Shown one piece after another: positions 1-7,895 of a DNA stretch of 32,000 bases. The stretch covers positions 1 through 32,000 of the forward strand of contig NZ_OMOH01000009.1 of the NCBI RefSeq assembly GCF_900289195.1, given 5' to 3'. The translations under genes and the position numbers were made by a program. This stretch comes from Propionibacterium ruminifibrarum. GTDB lineage: Bacteria; Actinomycetota; Actinomycetes; Propionibacteriales; Propionibacteriaceae. The notes beneath the pieces are model-generated. The model was not told the DNA's origin, ran no database searches, and saw nothing but the letters and a program-made list of their open reading frames with translations. Positions within the stretch are counted from its first letter, which is position 1. Each line of letters starts with the position of its first letter.

Positions 1-1190
1 CATGGACCCACCACTACAACTACCATCGACCCCACACCGCCTGCGGCGACCAGCCCCCGGCCACACGCCTCCACACCCACGTCGACAACGTCATGACCAA
101 CTACAGTTAGGGGCCCCGCCTCCAGGTACCCCCTGCGCAGCGTGGTGCTCTCGAAATCGTTCCCGTTTCGTGCATCGAAGGCAGCGGCCAGGTCGAGGGC
201 CTGGCCCGACAGCTCGTCGTAGAGGGCCTGGTCGATGACGATCTCCTCGCCGGTGCGGGTGAGCAGACACTGGCCGGCCATGCCCTCGGCGAGACAGGCG
301 CCGACCAGGCGGGCGGTCGCTGCCCGCAGGTTCATGCTGACGCTGGGCACGTCGAAATCACGCACCTGCTCCCAGCGGTGGGCCATCAGTTCCAGACCCC
401 GGGACAGGGCGCCGGTGCGGGCGCACAGCAGGATGTTCCTCGCCACGTCCGAGGCGCGCCCCTCTTCGTCGCGGATCTCACGCCAGGCGCGCAGATGGTA
501 GTCGGCGGCCTCGTCCATCCGGCCCAGCTCGGCGGAGCACACCGCGGCCAGGCTCAGCGAGGAGCCCGGCTCCTGGGCGCACGTGGCGTCGCCGCGCAGG
601 GCGGGGGCGAGAAGCTCCAGGGCCCGCTCGTACTGGCCCTGGTCGTACCAGTAGCCGGCCTGGCCGCGGGACGAGCAGACCTGGCAGTCGCTCAGGTCGC
701 AGCGGGGCAGGGCGGTCCAGGCGGCGAACTCGTCCGCTGCGCTGTCGTTACCGCGAGTGGACGAGGCGAGCTTGTAGGCACAGTGGGCGACCGGTTCGGG
801 GCCGATTCCGGCCGCCGCGTAGCGCCGCCGCATATCTGCCAGCAGCGCCTCGATCTGGTCGAGCGGGATCTGCGGGTAGGCCGTGGCGTGATCGACCATC
901 CACTTGTTGCTCCACAGAATGCGGTGGCGGTAGCGGTCGGTGAGGGCGGGCGAGTCGGCGTCGTAGCGCTGGACGAGCCAGGCGAACGGCACGAAGGCCT
1001 CCGAGACGCGACCGCCGAAGACGAGGGCCGAGACGAACGCCAGGCGCATGGCGATACCCATACCCTCATCGCCGATATCATCTGCCATTTCGACGGCCTG
1101 CCGCAGCGGCGCGATCCGCTCTGCGTAGGGGCGCCGGATCACCGCGTCGTGCAGCTGGATGATCCGGTCGCGGATGTCCTCGTCGCTCAT
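1..1190 (-). CDS. TPR-like helical protein with CX4CX2C motif; third gene of the HSP90-paralog operon (3' end at or beyond the window edge, uncertain)
   Basis: This minus-strand frame is absent from the supplied track because it has no stop inside the window. ATG is at 1190-1188, 5 nt after an AGGAGGA Shine-Dalgarno (1196-1202), and 22 nt downstream of the stop (1213-1215) of the preceding gene. Hand translation reads MSDEDIRDRIIQLHDAVIRRPYAERIAPLRQAVEMADDIGDEG... and stays open to position 3. It contains RCDLSDCQVC and a TPR-like segment GYWYDQGQYERALELLAPAL. Codon style collapses below about position 110, so the true end is unclear. Confidence 0.55.
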   Translation of the reverse strand, partial: MSDEDIRDRIIQLHDAVIRRPYAERIAPLRQAVEMADDIGDEGMGIAMRLAFVSALVFGGRVSEAFVPFAWLVQRYDADSPALTDRYRHRILWSNKWMVDHATAYPQIPLDQIEALLADMRRRYAAAGIGPEPVAHCAYKLASSTRGNDSAADEFAAWTALPRCDLSDCQVCSSRGQAGYWYDQGQYERALELLAPALRGDATCAQEPGSSLSLAAVCSAELGRMDEAADYHLRAWREIRDEEGRASDVARNILLCARTGALSRGLELMAHRWEQVRDFDVPSVSMNLRAATARLVGACLAEGMAGQCLLTRTGEEIVIDQALYDELSGQALDLAAAFDARNGNDFESTTLRRGYLEAGPLTVVGHDVVDVGVEACGRGLVAAGGVGSMVVVVVGP

Positions 1191-1212
1191 GGGCGTCCTC
1201 CTGGGGGGTGTG

Positions 1213-3021
1213 TTACGACGTCTGGTCGTCGTTCCAGTAGCGTATGGCCTCCTCGTGACGGCCGTGCTCGGCGAGCCAGTCGCGGCCTGCGGCCAGCACC
1301 TGTCGGCGTGTCCGCTCGTCACCGCCGTGTTCGGCCAGCTGCAGGCAGCGGCCAAGGGCGGTGAAGGCGTCCTGCTCCATGTCGAGCTGCAGACACAGCC
1401 GGGCGCGCAGCCAGAAGCCGTCCAGGGCCAGGGCCCGGTCGCCGTGCTCGGCGGCCTGCTCCGGCAGCCCGACGAGCCAGCCGATGGCGTTCTCGTAGGC
1501 CTTGGAGGCCGCAATCAGCTTGGCCTGCTCAATCTTGACGCTCAGGACGAGCATCTCCCCATCGACCCCGCTGCTGCGGGCCAGTTCCGGGTTCGTGGCG
1601 AGGGTGTCACGCAGCTGCTCGGCGATCTTCAGGGCCCGCTCCTGCATCTGGGCGGCCTCCTTCATGCCGGTGCAGATGGCGATGGCCCAGGCCCGCCGGC
1701 GGGTCATCTCAAGGACGCGCAGGCCATCCTGGTCCTGGTGGGCCAGCCTGGCGGCCCTCTCGAAGGCCCGGTCGGACTCGGCGGCGTCAGTGGGCATGAT
1801 CGCCTCGCCGACGAGCTCCCACATGACGGAGGCGCGGCCGGGATCACCGAGCTGCTCGGCGTCCTGCGCCGCCCCGCGGGCCAGGGCGCAGGCCCGGTCG
1901 GCGTGCTCGAGCTCGTAGTGGACGCGCGCCCCCATGTCGCACAGGGCCCAGTGGGCCTCGATGAGGTCCTCGCCGATGATGAGGTGGCGGGGCCCGTCGA
2001 CGGTTGCGAGCAGGGCCAGTGCCTCGTCCACGACCGCGGCGCCCTCCTCGGCCCGGTCCTGGTTGAGCAGGCGCAGGGCGAGGCCCTTGAGCGCGTCCAC
2101 CTCGTACTTGGTGACCCCGGAGGAGTGGGCAGCGGCGACGGCCTCACGGATCGCCTGCTCGGCGCCGACCGGATCGCCCAAGTCCTCCAGCTGGTCGGAG
2201 AGCCGGTGCATGACCCTGGTCAGCTCCACCGTCTCGCCCATCGAGCGCTGGCGGTCCGCCTCGGCGCGCAGGACGGCGACGGCCTGGGCGCCCTGGCCGG
2301 TCTGCTGGGCCAGCACCGCGCGGCGCCGCACCTGCATGGAGCGCAGCATGGGGAACTCGTCGTCGAGCAGATAGGCGTCGACGATGTCGGGCAGGTCGAG
2401 AACGCTGTCGAAGGCCGGGCCGAGGCCGAGGATCGCAAACCCCATCCGCAGGCGGGTCATCGGCTCGCTCGTCACGTCCACGGCCAGGGCGCGCAGTTCG
2501 GCGAGGCGGGCGCGCACCGCGTCGAGGTCATCGGCGGCGATCCAGCTGCGCGAGATCGAGGTGACCAGGGCGCGCGGGTCGCCGGTGGCGCGGATCCGGT
2601 CAAGCAACTCGCCGCCGCGCACCGGGTCGTTGTCCAGTTCGACAGCGAGCATGTGCTCCAGGTCGAGCGCGCGGGCGGTGTCCCCGGCGCGGGTGAACAG
2701 GTCGATCGCGGTCTCGATACGCTCCAGGTCACGGGCGTCGGTGGCCGCGTAATCGGCGATCTCGGTGTCCATCTCGAGGCAGGCCAACGCATGGAGCAGC
2801 CCGGGGTCCCCGGTGACCCTGGCCCATTCGATGGCCCCGTCGCGCAGTTCCTCCCAGCGTGCGATGACGGCCTGCTGGACATCATGGCCGCCCCAGCGGG
2901 TTGCGGTGATGAACAGTTCTGCGAGACGGCCGGCATCGGCCTGCGCCACCGCATCGAGAGGCGGGGCGAAGCGGTGCCGCGACAGGCCGCTGACCGGCCG
3001 GTGTGGGGTGTTCTCAGCCAT
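1213..3021 (-). CDS. large all-helical TPR-like repeat protein (602 aa), partner of the HSP90 paralog
   Basis: This is track ORF 1213..3162 trimmed to the internal ATG at 3021 (MAENTPHRPVSG...). That ATG overlaps the stop of the upstream HSP90-like gene (3014-3016) in the sequence ATGGCTGA. The longer N-terminal extension (MTNSSRPPPSRSTPVPCWPP...) is Pro/Ser/Thr junk lying inside the upstream gene. The protein is rich in Ala/Leu/Glu/Arg/Asp with repeated amphipathic-helix segments, e.g. ALKGLALRLLNQDRAEEGAAVVDEALALL. I recognise no catalytic motif. Confidence 0.7.
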   Translation of the reverse strand: MAENTPHRPVSGLSRHRFAPPLDAVAQADAGRLAELFITATRWGGHDVQQAVIARWEELRDGAIEWARVTGDPGLLHALACLEMDTEIADYAATDARDLERIETAIDLFTRAGDTARALDLEHMLAVELDNDPVRGGELLDRIRATGDPRALVTSISRSWIAADDLDAVRARLAELRALAVDVTSEPMTRLRMGFAILGLGPAFDSVLDLPDIVDAYLLDDEFPMLRSMQVRRRAVLAQQTGQGAQAVAVLRAEADRQRSMGETVELTRVMHRLSDQLEDLGDPVGAEQAIREAVAAAHSSGVTKYEVDALKGLALRLLNQDRAEEGAAVVDEALALLATVDGPRHLIIGEDLIEAHWALCDMGARVHYELEHADRACALARGAAQDAEQLGDPGRASVMWELVGEAIMPTDAAESDRAFERAARLAHQDQDGLRVLEMTRRRAWAIAICTGMKEAAQMQERALKIAEQLRDTLATNPELARSSGVDGEMLVLSVKIEQAKLIAASKAYENAIGWLVGLPEQAAEHGDRALALDGFWLRARLCLQLDMEQDAFTALGRCLQLAEHGGDERTRRQVLAAGRDWLAEHGRHEEAIRYWNDDQTS

Positions 3022-4819
3022 CTCGGGCTTCCAGGGCGCTGGTGAGCAGGGCGAGGAAGGAGTGGTCGACGGCCGCCAGGTCGGCGGCGCGCAGCCGGTG
3101 TCCGGCGGCCAGCAGGGCACGGGCGTAGAGCGACTCGGCGGCGGGCGCGACGAGTTCGTCATCGCCCAGGTCGAGCACCCTGCGCACCAGTTGGTTGTCG
3201 TCGTTGAGCAGCAGCCGGGGCCGGGTCGGGGCAGGACGCATCGTCGCCAGCAGGGCCGCCCAGGTCTCGTCGGCCCCGGCGGCGACCTCGTCGGAGGCGG
3301 CCGCGGCGCGGGACCGTTCGTCGTCGAGGTAGAGCGCGGGCATCGAGGCGGGCGCGAAGGCGCGCAACTCGACGTCGACGTCGAGCCGCGTCAGCACGTG
3401 GCGGACGCGTTCCAGGCCGGGGCCGGCGGCCCGCAGCCGCTCCTCGGGGACGGCGCGGATGCTGGCGTCCAGGTCGTTCACGGACAGGGGTTTGGTCTGC
3501 AGGCCCGACATGACCTGCGGGGCGCGCAGCGCGAGCTCGGTGTCGTAGACGTAGCCGCCGTTGAGGATGTCGATGCCCTGGGCCGCGCCGACCGCGGCCA
3601 CCTGGTGGTAGTCCTCGACGGTGCGGGCGACGTGGACGACGTCGGTGCGGCCGGCCAGCTCGGGCAGGGTCGCCTCGCCGGTGTTCGTCTCGAAGCGGAA
3701 GGCCGGCAGCAGGGTCTCGAAGAGCTCGTCGTCGTCCAGGGCCATCGCCTTGGCCGCCACGGCGTGCACCGACAGGAACTGGCCGATACGGGCCCGGTCG
3801 GTGGCGGCCAGGCGCAGGAGCCAGCGGCGGATCTGCTCGCCGAGCGCGGCCCGGACCGTCTCGAGCAGGTCGTCCTCGTAGAGGCCCTCGCGGCTGGCGG
3901 TGGGCGTCAGGCGGGTGGAGTCGACGACGGCGCGGGCGAAGAAGGCCCAGTCGGGCAGCAGGCCCGGCACGTTCTCGGAGGCGAGCATGCCGTGCAGGTA
4001 GACGCGGTGGCCGCCGCGCGAGCCGGCCTGCGCCTGCTGGCCGAGGATGACGACGACACCATCCAGGCCGGCCTCGGGCACGGCCACGGGGAGGGTGGCG
4101 AAGGGTTCGACGCCCAGCTGCTGGCGGGCGAGGTTCTCGCACTCGCGCCGGCGGGCGCGCCCGGCCAGGCGCCACGGCGGCGTGGTGGGTGCGACCGGCG
4201 ACGTCGCACCGGCGCCCCGGGCGCTGACGATGCGGTAGGGAAGATAGGAGCCGAAGGTCTTGGCCAGTTCGGTGACGCGGGCGGCGGTGAGCCAGTGCGC
4301 GGTGCCGGTGGTGGGACGCAGGGTGACGCAGGTGCCGGGGCCCTTCGCGAGCCAGGCGGCGCGTTCGTCGTCGGCGACGGGCGGGTCGGCCATTTCGTGG
4401 GTGCCGTCCTCGTGGCCGATCCAGCGGACCAGGTGCCCGTCACCCTTGCGCGTGAGCACCTCGACCTGGTCGGTGACGACGAAGCAGCTGAGCAGGCCGA
4501 TGCCGAAGCGCCCCAGCATCGTCTCGTCGTGGCCGCGCTTGGAGGAACCCCCGATGGTCGCCAGGAAGGTGCGCACGTCGTCCTCGTCGAGCCCGACGCC
4601 CGAGTCGAGGCAGTGCATGCGGCCGTCGGCCGAGACGTCCGAGCCGACGAGCATGATGCCGGGGCGCCGGTCGCCGGGCCGTGGGTCGGCGGCCGTCAGG
4701 GCATCGACGCCGTTCTGCAGGAGCTCGCGCACGAAGATGCGCGGGCTCGAGTAGAGATTGTGGCTGAGCAGGTCGACCAGACCGTGCAGATCGACCCGGA
4801 AGGCGTCGTTGCTGGACAC
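3014..4819 (-). CDS. HSP90-family protein (divergent HtpG paralog, GHKL ATPase)
   Basis: The N-terminus aligns by eye with the Hsp90 N-domain: FRVDLHGLVDLLSHNLYSSPRIFVRELLQNGVDAL versus the [29 protein letters not shown] type. Bergerat motifs are present: ExxxNxxD (about 4700-4730), DSGVGL (about 4606) and GRFGIG (about 4513). There is also a middle-domain SRE motif (TASREGLYED). The track start is ATG 4861, but its first 14 codons have poor GC3. GTG 4819 (VSSNDAFRVD...) lies 7 nt after a TAGGCT -10-like hexamer, so I prefer the GTG start. The start remains uncertain. Confidence 0.85.
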   Translation of the reverse strand: MSSNDAFRVDLHGLVDLLSHNLYSSPRIFVRELLQNGVDALTAADPRPGDRRPGIMLVGSDVSADGRMHCLDSGVGLDEDDVRTFLATIGGSSKRGHDETMLGRFGIGLLSCFVVTDQVEVLTRKGDGHLVRWIGHEDGTHEMADPPVADDERAAWLAKGPGTCVTLRPTTGTAHWLTAARVTELAKTFGSYLPYRIVSARGAGATSPVAPTTPPWRLAGRARRRECENLARQQLGVEPFATLPVAVPEAGLDGVVVILGQQAQAGSRGGHRVYLHGMLASENVPGLLPDWAFFARAVVDSTRLTPTASREGLYEDDLLETVRAALGEQIRRWLLRLAATDRARIGQFLSVHAVAAKAMALDDDELFETLLPAFRFETNTGEATLPELAGRTDVVHVARTVEDYHQVAAVGAAQGIDILNGGYVYDTELALRAPQVMSGLQTKPLSVNDLDASIRAVPEERLRAAGPGLERVRHVLTRLDVDVELRAFAPASMPALYLDDERSRAAAASDEVAAGADETWAALLATMRPAPTRPRLLLNDDNQLVRRVLDLGDDELVAPAAESLYARALLAAGHRLRAADLAAVDHSFLALLTSALEARDG

Positions 4820-4826
4820 GCGACCA

Positions 4827-4832
4827 AGCCTA
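4827..4832 (-). promoter_or_regulatory. candidate -10 hexamer TAGGCT, 7 nt upstream of GTG 4819 (possible leaderless HSP90-paralog mRNA)
   Basis: The minus strand reads TAGGCT-TGGTCGC-GTG. This fits the actinobacterial TANNNT -10 pattern. There is no Shine-Dalgarno between the hexamer and the start. Confidence 0.35.
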
Positions 4833-4995
4833 TGACCTGCCTCAGCACCCCCGCCTGGCAAACCGGAACCCCCTGAGCCCGTGGTTCAGGGACACCCGGG
4901 GAATCTCCCCGTCCCAGGGGCCTGCCGGGGGGCTCCAGGCCGTCTGGGAACCAGCCTGTGACAAGGCCAGTCCTCCACCGGCCCGGCTGGGCTTA

Positions 4996-5001
4996 TAGCC
5001 T
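4996..5001 (+). promoter_or_regulatory. candidate -10 hexamer TAGCCT, 6 nt upstream of the malQ GTG (possible leaderless mRNA)
   Basis: The sequence is TAGCCT-AGAGAC-GTG(5008). The in-frame TAG at 4996-4998 leaves GTG 5008 as the only possible start. No Shine-Dalgarno is present. Confidence 0.45.
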
Positions 5002-5007
5002 AGAGAC

Positions 5008-6936
5008 GTGAGTTGGAACGAGAATGCTCACGCCGGTGGTCCCAGCGGCCAGGGTGCGGGCGCGGAGAGCATCGGGACACGTCGGCGTCGTGATGACCTT
5101 CTGAGGCGTCTGGAACCGTTGGGCGTGGCCGGCAGCTACCTCAGCGCGCGCGGCACCGTCGTCGAGGTCCCCACCGCCACGCTCGAACTCGTCAACGACC
5201 ACTTCCACGAGGGCCTGCCCCCCGGTATCGGTGAACCGCTCGTCTGCACCCCGGGCCGCTACCACCCCGAACTCTTCGGCGACCTCGTCCTCGAGAGCGG
5301 GCACCACTACCAGGCGCACGGGGTCGTCGACGTGCCCGGCTACCACGTCCTCCGCACCGACACCGGTCAGCGCCGCTTCGTGATCGCGGCCCCCGAGCAC
5401 CTGCGCACACCGGAGCGCAGCTGGGGCTGGCAGGTTCAGCTGTACGCAGCCCGGTCGAGGGACTCCTGGGGCATCGGCGACTTCCGAGATCTGGGCCGCA
5501 TCTGCCGCATCGCCCGCGCCCAGCACGCCTACTGCGTCCAGGTCTCGCCGGTGCACGCCATCGCCCCGGTCAGCCACCCGCAGGACTCCCCGTATTCACC
5601 GGCCAGCCGCCAGTTCCTCAATCTTCTGCACATCGCGCCCGGCAACGCCCCGGGCGCCGAACGCGTCGACCTGTCCGACCTGTCGGAGGCCGGGCGGGCC
5701 CTCAACGAGGACCGTCTCATCAACCGGTCCGCGGTGTGGTCTCTCAAGAAGGAGGCCCTGCTGCGCATCTGGAACGTCGTGCGCGCCGAGGAGGACATCG
5801 AGTACCTCGACTACTGCCGGCACCGGGGCCGGGCCCTTCACGAGTTCGCGGTCTGGTGCGCCATCGCCGACGAACTCGACAACTCCAACTGGCAGCAGTG
5901 GCCCGACGAACTGCACCGCCCGAGTTCACCGGCGGTGCGCCGCTGGGCAGACGAGCACGCCGACAAGGTCGCCTTCTACTCGTGGTGCCAGTGGGTCGCC
6001 GAGGTCCAGTACGCCGAGGCCTGCACCTGCGGGGTCGACGTCGTCGCGGACCTCGCGGTGGGCTTCGACCAGGGCAGCGAGGACGCCTGGGCCTTCCAGG
6101 ACTCGCTGTGCTTCGACTTCGAGATCGGCTGCCCACCCGATACCTACAACATCGAGGGCCAGCGCTGGGGCCTGCCGCCGTTCAACCCCCAAAGACTCAC
6201 CCGCGCCGACTTCGGGCCGTTCATCGAGATGGTCCACGAGGGGCTGCGCCACGCCAAGGCGCTGCGCATCGACCACGTCATGCAGCTGTGGCGGCTGTAC
6301 TGGATACCGAAGGACAGCACGGCCGCCGACGGCGTCTACGTCGACTACCCGGTGCACGCGCTGCTCGCCATCCTCAGGCTAGAGGCCATGCGCGCCGGCG
6401 CCTGGATCGTCGGCGAGGACATGGGGACCGTCCCGCCCGGTGTGCGCGAGTCGATGGCCGACATCGGCATGCTCGCCAACCGCTCCGCCATGCGGGCCGA
6501 CACCGACGACTTCCCCGAGCTGGGCGTCGGCACCTCATCGACCCACGACCAGGTCACCATCGCAGGTCTCATCACCGGCGCCGACGTCGAGGCCCTGCGG
6601 CACATCGGCAAGAACGCCGACTGGGACCAGATCGAACACACCCGCCGCTCCCTGGCCGCCGATGCCGGTATCGACCCCGACAAGCCCTGCCAGCAGATCG
6701 ACGGGCAGGAGATCCATGACGCCGTCCTGGCCCGCTATCGCCGCCTCAGCTCCGCGCCGAGCAGGGTCGTGCTGGCCGTCCTGGACGACGCGGCCATGGT
6801 GCGCGAGCGCCCGAACATGCCCGGCACCGTCGGCGTCTACCCGAACTGGCGACTGGCCCTGCCCGAACCGGTCGGCGCCACGATGCTGAGCCCGATGACA
6901 CGCGACCTCGTGCAGCTGCTCGGTGAGAACCGCTGA
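5008..6936 (+). CDS. malQ: 4-alpha-glucanotransferase (amylomaltase, GH77)
   Basis: 642-aa ORF with GH77-typical segments: WGIGDFRDL, PYSPASRQFLN, ALRIDHVMQLWRLYWIP, GEDMGTVP and PNWR near the C-terminus. The N-terminal domain (LLRRLEPLGVAGSYLSARGTVVEV) resembles that of actinobacterial MalQ. Confidence 0.9.
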   Translation: MSWNENAHAGGPSGQGAGAESIGTRRRRDDLLRRLEPLGVAGSYLSARGTVVEVPTATLELVNDHFHEGLPPGIGEPLVCTPGRYHPELFGDLVLESGHHYQAHGVVDVPGYHVLRTDTGQRRFVIAAPEHLRTPERSWGWQVQLYAARSRDSWGIGDFRDLGRICRIARAQHAYCVQVSPVHAIAPVSHPQDSPYSPASRQFLNLLHIAPGNAPGAERVDLSDLSEAGRALNEDRLINRSAVWSLKKEALLRIWNVVRAEEDIEYLDYCRHRGRALHEFAVWCAIADELDNSNWQQWPDELHRPSSPAVRRWADEHADKVAFYSWCQWVAEVQYAEACTCGVDVVADLAVGFDQGSEDAWAFQDSLCFDFEIGCPPDTYNIEGQRWGLPPFNPQRLTRADFGPFIEMVHEGLRHAKALRIDHVMQLWRLYWIPKDSTAADGVYVDYPVHALLAILRLEAMRAGAWIVGEDMGTVPPGVRESMADIGMLANRSAMRADTDDFPELGVGTSSTHDQVTIAGLITGADVEALRHIGKNADWDQIEHTRRSLAADAGIDPDKPCQQIDGQEIHDAVLARYRRLSSAPSRVVLAVLDDAAMVRERPNMPGTVGVYPNWRLALPEPVGATMLSPMTRDLVQLLGENR

Positions 6937-7040
6937 AGCGCCACGGTCCCGTCCCGCGGCTGGCTGTCACGATCGGTGTCCGCCGGTCACGGGCTCGTGG
7001 CGGCTCCGGGGAAAGAATCTAGCGTTGTGCCGACGACAGA

Positions 7041-7077
7041 CGGGTGTTCCCGGGCAGTTCCTGCCCGGGAACACCCG
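7041..7077. terminator. bidirectional hairpin terminator between convergent malQ and the 257-aa gene
   Basis: Perfect 17-bp inverted repeat CGGGTGTTCCCGGGCAG / CTGCCCGGGAACACCCG with a 3-nt spacer. It lies 105 nt after the malQ stop and 33 nt after the stop of the minus-strand gene. Neither side has a U-tract. Confidence 0.6.
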
Positions 7078-7109
7078 CTCATCCGGTCTGTTGGACGATC
7101 ACCGAGGAT

Positions 7110-7883
7110 TCATGGCGTGCGGACGGTGACCTCACCGGGGTGGGCAGCGATCACCCGCGCCTTGTCCGTGGCGGCCAGGAGCTCGGGCGCCAGCTGATGT
7201 TCGACGGACAGCGCGAAGCCGACCCTTCCGCCCTGCTGCCTCACCAGATCGATCAGCCGTTCGAGTACTTCCTCACGTCCACCGATCAGGTCGATCCGCT
7301 CGGGAGCCGCCGTCGTGAACAAGTCGACCTCAAGGTCTTCGTCGAAGTGGATGAGAAGACTTGCCACGAGCCGGTCGACGTCGTGGCTGCCCAGGACCAG
7401 CCAGGAATCCGGCGATATCGTCGAGGTCACCTTGGTGACGATCTCCTCATGGCCCCAGCCGAGTCGCCATTGCAGTCCCAGCTGGCCGCTTGCCGGCCCG
7501 GGATGCACCACGATCCCCTCGGGATCGTCGTCGAGGGCGGCAAACATGATCGTCACGAAATCGTCCAGATCGGTGTCGATCGTCCATGCCCCTTGGACCC
7601 GGGCGAAGTAATCATCGACGGCATCGCGTTCCATGACCATGACGAATTCGACCCGCCCGCTGAACTCGGCGAACAGTTCCGCGGCCGTCCGCCGGGGATC
7701 GGTGATCGAGGTCGGGGCATTGGGGAGGGGTTCCCCGTCGGAGAAACGCGCCTTCTGAACTCGGCCATGGTCGTGGATGATGACCAACCGGGGAGCAGCC
7801 TTCCCGGAATGCAGGATGAGGTCCTGGGCGGCGCGCCATTGATCGACGTCGATGTCAAGCATCTGCGCATTCGCGTGCAACAT
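7110..7883 (-). CDS. hypothetical acidic protein (257 aa), last gene of the GH35/ABC sugar operon
   Basis: Clean ORF with coding-like composition. ATG 7883 lies 8 nt after the SD core of GAAAGGAA, which overlaps the GH35 stop. The gap to the upstream gene is 12 nt. I recognise no family motif. Confidence 0.7.
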   Translation of the reverse strand: MLHANAQMLDIDVDQWRAAQDLILHSGKAAPRLVIIHDHGRVQKARFSDGEPLPNAPTSITDPRRTAAELFAEFSGRVEFVMVMERDAVDDYFARVQGAWTIDTDLDDFVTIMFAALDDDPEGIVVHPGPASGQLGLQWRLGWGHEEIVTKVTSTISPDSWLVLGSHDVDRLVASLLIHFDEDLEVDLFTTAAPERIDLIGGREEVLERLIDLVRQQGGRVGFALSVEHQLAPELLAATDKARVIAAHPGEVTVRTP

Positions 7884-7895
7884 TGATGGTTCCTT

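Noticed and set aside
4820-4861. Longer N-terminal extensions given by the ORF track (HSP90-like ATG 4861, GH35 GTG 9995, ATPase 12537, sugar SBP GTG 13661, activase fusion TTG 28124, lipoprotein 28226, tautomerase 22232, DsbA-like 22414)
   Set aside because: In each case an internal start is better supported, by a Shine-Dalgarno at proper spacing, an ATGA/ATG-TGA coupling with the upstream gene, a signal peptide, or family-typical N-termini. The extensions lie inside upstream genes or have non-coding-like codon usage.
378-4876. Plus-strand ORFs 378..1364, 1159..3045 and 2765..4876 (328-703 aa), and many shorter ones in this region
   Set aside because: They are antisense to the HSP90-paralog operon. 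Their composition is Gly/Arg/Ala/Pro/Val-rich and repetitive, with no Shine-Dalgarno and no motifs. The minus-strand frames carry clear family signatures and coupled start/stop junctions.
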